Program-made: the position numbers and the translations under genes
Shown: positions 21,587 to 24,000 of the stretch, in pieces
How the letters are laid out: every line of letters starts with the position of its first letter
Position numbering within the stretch: the first letter of the stretch is position 1
The notes under the pieces: generated by a model
Databases searched by the model: none
Told to the model about the DNA's origin: nothing
The model's input: the letters and a program-made list of their open reading frames with translations, nothing else
NCBI RefSeq assembly: GCF_900095385.1
Contig: NZ_FMID01000061.1
Span: 42,808 to 66,807, forward strand
DNA: 24,000 nt
Source: Methanoculleus chikugoensis
Lineage (GTDB): Archaea; Halobacteriota; Methanomicrobia; Methanomicrobiales; Methanoculleaceae
Reading direction: 5' to 3'

Positions 21587-22012
21587 ATGAAGAGTATCAT
21601 CGAAACCCTGGAGGATTCCGGGAGCCTTGGAACGTTTCTCGATCTGATCCGGATTGCCGGCATGGAACCGATGCTCCGCGAGAGAGGGCCGTTCACGGTC
21701 TTCGTCCCGACGGACGAGGCGTTTTCGAGGGTTCCGAAGGATCGGATGGACGAGATCCGGCAGGATGCGGATAAACTCCTCCTGATCGTGAGTTACCACG
21801 TCGTGCCGGGGCGGTTGACCTCGGAGGATCTCCGGAGCATCGCCGCCGTCAGGTCGAGCCTCGGGACGGATCTGGTCATACGGTCGTCTGACCGGGGGAT
21901 CACCGTCAACAGCGTCCCCATCGTTGAAGCAGATGCGTTCTGCACGAACGGGATCTGCCACGCGATAGCGTCGGCGCTCGTCCCGCCGACACTGGAGATC
22001 GTCACCCCCTGA
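21587..22012 (+). CDS. Single-domain fasciclin (FAS1) protein, paralogue 4, no signal peptide
   Basis: MKSIIETLEDSGSLGTFLDLIRIAGME...GPFTVFVPTDEAFSRVP...YHVVPG...CTNGICHAIASALVPP. It is most similar to paralogue 3. Confidence 0.85.
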   Translation: MKSIIETLEDSGSLGTFLDLIRIAGMEPMLRERGPFTVFVPTDEAFSRVPKDRMDEIRQDADKLLLIVSYHVVPGRLTSEDLRSIAAVRSSLGTDLVIRSSDRGITVNSVPIVEADAFCTNGICHAIASALVPPTLEIVTP

Positions 22013-22017
22013 CGGGG

Positions 22018-22923
22018 CTACCGCTCTCGCGGCAGGCGGAACCGCCCGTCCCGGCGGGCGATCCCGACAGCGGCAAGAGCGCTCTTCTCCTTATCCTTGA
22101 TCTCGAGCATGATGTCCATGTCGGCCGGTGCGGTCCCGGCGAGGAACCGCTCGAAGTCGGCAGCATCAAGGCTCTCCGCGTGCCGCCCCTTCCGGCCGCC
22201 GGGCATCGGGGTGCTGTAATCGACCATCGGGATGCCGTCGCGAGGCTGCCAGGTCGCGCCGGAGAGTTCGACCGCTTCGGCCACCCCGGCGCCGGAGGGG
22301 TTGACAGTGTGGTGGAAGACGTCGAAGAGCACCGGGATACCGGTCTCCTCGTGGATGCGGAGGCAGTCGGCCAGGGTGTACCGCGAGTCGTCGTTCTCGA
22401 CGACCAGCCGGCGAAGGATGCTCTCGTCGAGCCGGGAATACTCCGTGCAGAACCGTTCCATGGCGGATCCCGGGTCGCCGTAGACCCCGCCGACGTGGAT
22501 CTGGATCTTCGCGGTCTCGTCGAGGTGCATCGCGTCGAGAAGGGCGGCGTGGTAGCGGAGTTCCGCGACGCTCCGTCTGACGATATCGGGATCTTTCGCG
22601 TTGATGACGACGAACTGGTCGGGGTGCATGGAGACTCGCATATCGTGCTCGCGAACGAACCGGCCAATACCGCGAAACCCCTCTGCGAAGGTCTCCTGCC
22701 AGTCGGCGGTGCAGACCGGGTGCGATGCGAACGGCACGAGGCCGGAGCCGATCCGGAAGAAGAGGATGCACGCTCTCCGGTTGAAGCGGAGGATCTCTCC
22801 AAGACACCTGAGGTTCTCCCGGACGGTCTCCTCCAGCCGTTCGCCGGAGTAGGAGGAGAGCCGGAACGTGCGGCCCGAGGAGCAGCCGATGCTCCGGTTG
22901 ATGCACGGGTAGCCGATCTTCAT
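22018..22923 (-). CDS. uvdE: UV damage endonuclease
   Basis: MKIGYPCINRSIG...SMHPDQFVVINAKDP...IQIHVGGVYGD...LVVENDD...VLFDVFHH is the UvdE/Uve1 TIM-barrel signature over the full ~300 aa. Confidence 0.9.
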   Translation of the reverse strand: MKIGYPCINRSIGCSSGRTFRLSSYSGERLEETVRENLRCLGEILRFNRRACILFFRIGSGLVPFASHPVCTADWQETFAEGFRGIGRFVREHDMRVSMHPDQFVVINAKDPDIVRRSVAELRYHAALLDAMHLDETAKIQIHVGGVYGDPGSAMERFCTEYSRLDESILRRLVVENDDSRYTLADCLRIHEETGIPVLFDVFHHTVNPSGAGVAEAVELSGATWQPRDGIPMVDYSTPMPGGRKGRHAESLDAADFERFLAGTAPADMDIMLEIKDKEKSALAAVGIARRDGRFRLPRER

Positions 22924-22956
22924 TCCATCAAGGGTGACGCCCGCCAGACTTCAACC

Positions 22957-23841
22957 TTACCGGCAAGCATACGTGCCCCCGCTCTCGGCGACGAACCCTT
23001 CGCGGGCGAGGTCGCCGAGGATCCGCTTCACCCGCCCGGGCTCTTCGCAGAGCCGGAGGATCACCTCCTTCTCCGTGACTGTCCCTTCTGCGAGGACGAG
23101 CGCGAGGATTTGCCCCCTGATCTGCCGGTCGGACCCCTCGAACCGGCTCTGCCGGGAGTAGGAGGCGCTCCTCCGGTTCGGGTTCGCCGTCCGCTTCTTC
23201 AAGACCGTACCGTAGTCCATCATCGCACTATACCACTCCCGGGGGTTCTCGCGGTAAAGCGTCCTCTCCACGAGCGGGAGGATCTCGTCGTCCCGGACGC
23301 CTTCCCGGTCCTGGAAGAAGAAGTGGATGAAGATCCGCCGGATGTTCGTCTCGATATAGACGACCAGCATGTTGAACGCATATGCGCAGATCGCCGCCGC
23401 GGTCGCCTTTCCGATCCCGGGGAAGGTCGCGAGCGTCTCGACGTCGGCGGGCAGGTCGCCGCCGTACTCCTCCGTCACGCGCCGTGCGGTCTCCTGGAGC
23501 GCGATTGCCCGGCGGTTGTAGCCCATGCCCTGCCAGGTGAGGAGCACCTCGCTTCTGGGGGCACGGGCAAGGCTCCCGAAGTCGGGGAACTGTTCGAGGA
23601 ACTCAGTGTATTTCACGGCGACCCGCTCGACCTGCGTCTGCTGGAGCATGATCTCGGAGACCAGGATCCGGTAGGGATCGGTGGTGTGCCGCCAGGGGAG
23701 GTCGCGGCCGTGGGCCCGGAAGTACGAGAGGATGAGGTCGCGGAAGAGGTCGATGGCCTCCGGCGTCGCCCCCTCTGCCTGGACGGCGTCGAGGAGCCGG
23801 CGTTCGCGCTGGTTCTGGTCGGGGTCGAGGCTGCCGATCAC
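22957..23841 (-). CDS. MutY/Nth-family HhH-GPD DNA glycosylase homologue lacking the 4Fe-4S cluster loop, with a wHTH-like C-terminal domain
   Basis: PYRILVSEIMLQQTQVERV (MutY SEVMLQQTQV motif) and HhH LATFPGIGKATAAAICAYAF. There is no Cx6Cx2Cx5C motif and no NUDIX-like C-terminus. The ORF-track start (23868) is a TTG lying upstream of the likely transcription start implied by the TATA-like GAATATATG (23879-23887). I therefore prefer the in-frame GTG at 23841, but the start is uncertain. Confidence 0.8.
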   Translation of the reverse strand: MIGSLDPDQNQRERRLLDAVQAEGATPEAIDLFRDLILSYFRAHGRDLPWRHTTDPYRILVSEIMLQQTQVERVAVKYTEFLEQFPDFGSLARAPRSEVLLTWQGMGYNRRAIALQETARRVTEEYGGDLPADVETLATFPGIGKATAAAICAYAFNMLVVYIETNIRRIFIHFFFQDREGVRDDEILPLVERTLYRENPREWYSAMMDYGTVLKKRTANPNRRSASYSRQSRFEGSDRQIRGQILALVLAEGTVTEKEVILRLCEEPGRVKRILGDLAREGFVAESGGTYACR

Positions 23842-24000
23842 GGTATACCATCTGTCTGACGGGGGCAAATAGGTTGGGCATATATTCTGTAAGATGATGG
23901 CCTGCGTTGCAATCTTTCCTGATTGTCCTGATATTCCCCAGTTGTCCCGATACGCTGGACCGTGGGGATATCGCCGTGAGGGGGGTGGGGACAGGGGAGG

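Noticed and set aside
17298-23859. Antisense or alternative-frame ORFs across the right third of the window: 17298..17705(-), 17724..18431(-), 18424..19086(-), 18996..19892(-), 19118..19693(+), 20805..21476(-), 21311..21961(-), 22002..22802(-), 22166..22906(-), 22180..23859(+).
   Set aside because: They have the same shadow-ORF character (R/P/G/D-rich, no domains). Each is fully covered by a well-supported gene on the opposite strand or in another frame.
1-24000. Checked for CRISPR arrays, rRNA genes, transposases/IS elements, integrases and long terminal inverted repeats.
   Set aside because: I saw no regularly spaced direct repeats with unique spacers, no rRNA-like conserved blocks, and no ORF with DDE, tyrosine-recombinase or serine-recombinase motifs in any frame. 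The only repeat cluster (12430-12740) has irregular spacing and mixed orientation, unlike CRISPR.

Overview
The window looks like chromosome from a high-GC methanogenic archaeon. Evidence is the coenzyme F430 (cfb) genes, a methanogenesis-marker-type protein and TATA-box/leaderless gene starts; a Methanomicrobia or Methanoculleus-like origin is only a guess. From left to right: (1) a ~650-nt gene-free stretch with a GC-rich, highly self-complementary core; (2) a 1279-aa hybrid sensor kinase (REC, about 6 PAS, GAF, HK); (3) at ~4.54-11.32 kb, a lower-GC mosaic accessory island that ends at the 3' end of tRNA-Glu(UUC). The island holds a maa-like acetyltransferase, an orphan Rossmann-like protein divergent from a wHTH regulator, a wHTH-DUF3467 operon, a truncated YhcG/DUF1016 gene, a frameshifted MNT fused to a truncated HEPN toxin, and a ~40% GC cassette encoding a NYN-LOTUS protein plus a small helical protein. 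(4) Core high-GC genes follow: ilvE, a repeat-rich 430-nt spacer, and a cfbA-cfbE-cfbD-cfbB operon. Next come an Hjc-like nuclease gene broken by two 1-nt frameshifts and a tightly coupled operon (TIM-barrel/8-Cys marker-9-like protein, CitG-like protein, DUF447). The window ends with four tandem, separately promoted FAS1 (fasciclin) paralogues without signal peptides, uvdE, and a MutY-like glycosylase lacking the Fe-S loop. No CRISPR array, rRNA, transposase or integrase was seen. Most long ORFs antisense to the high-GC genes are shadow ORFs. The best candidates for something new are the NYN-LOTUS cassette, the orphan/wHTH pairs in the island, the unassigned marker-9/CitG-like/DUF447 operon, and the gene-free structured block at the left edge.
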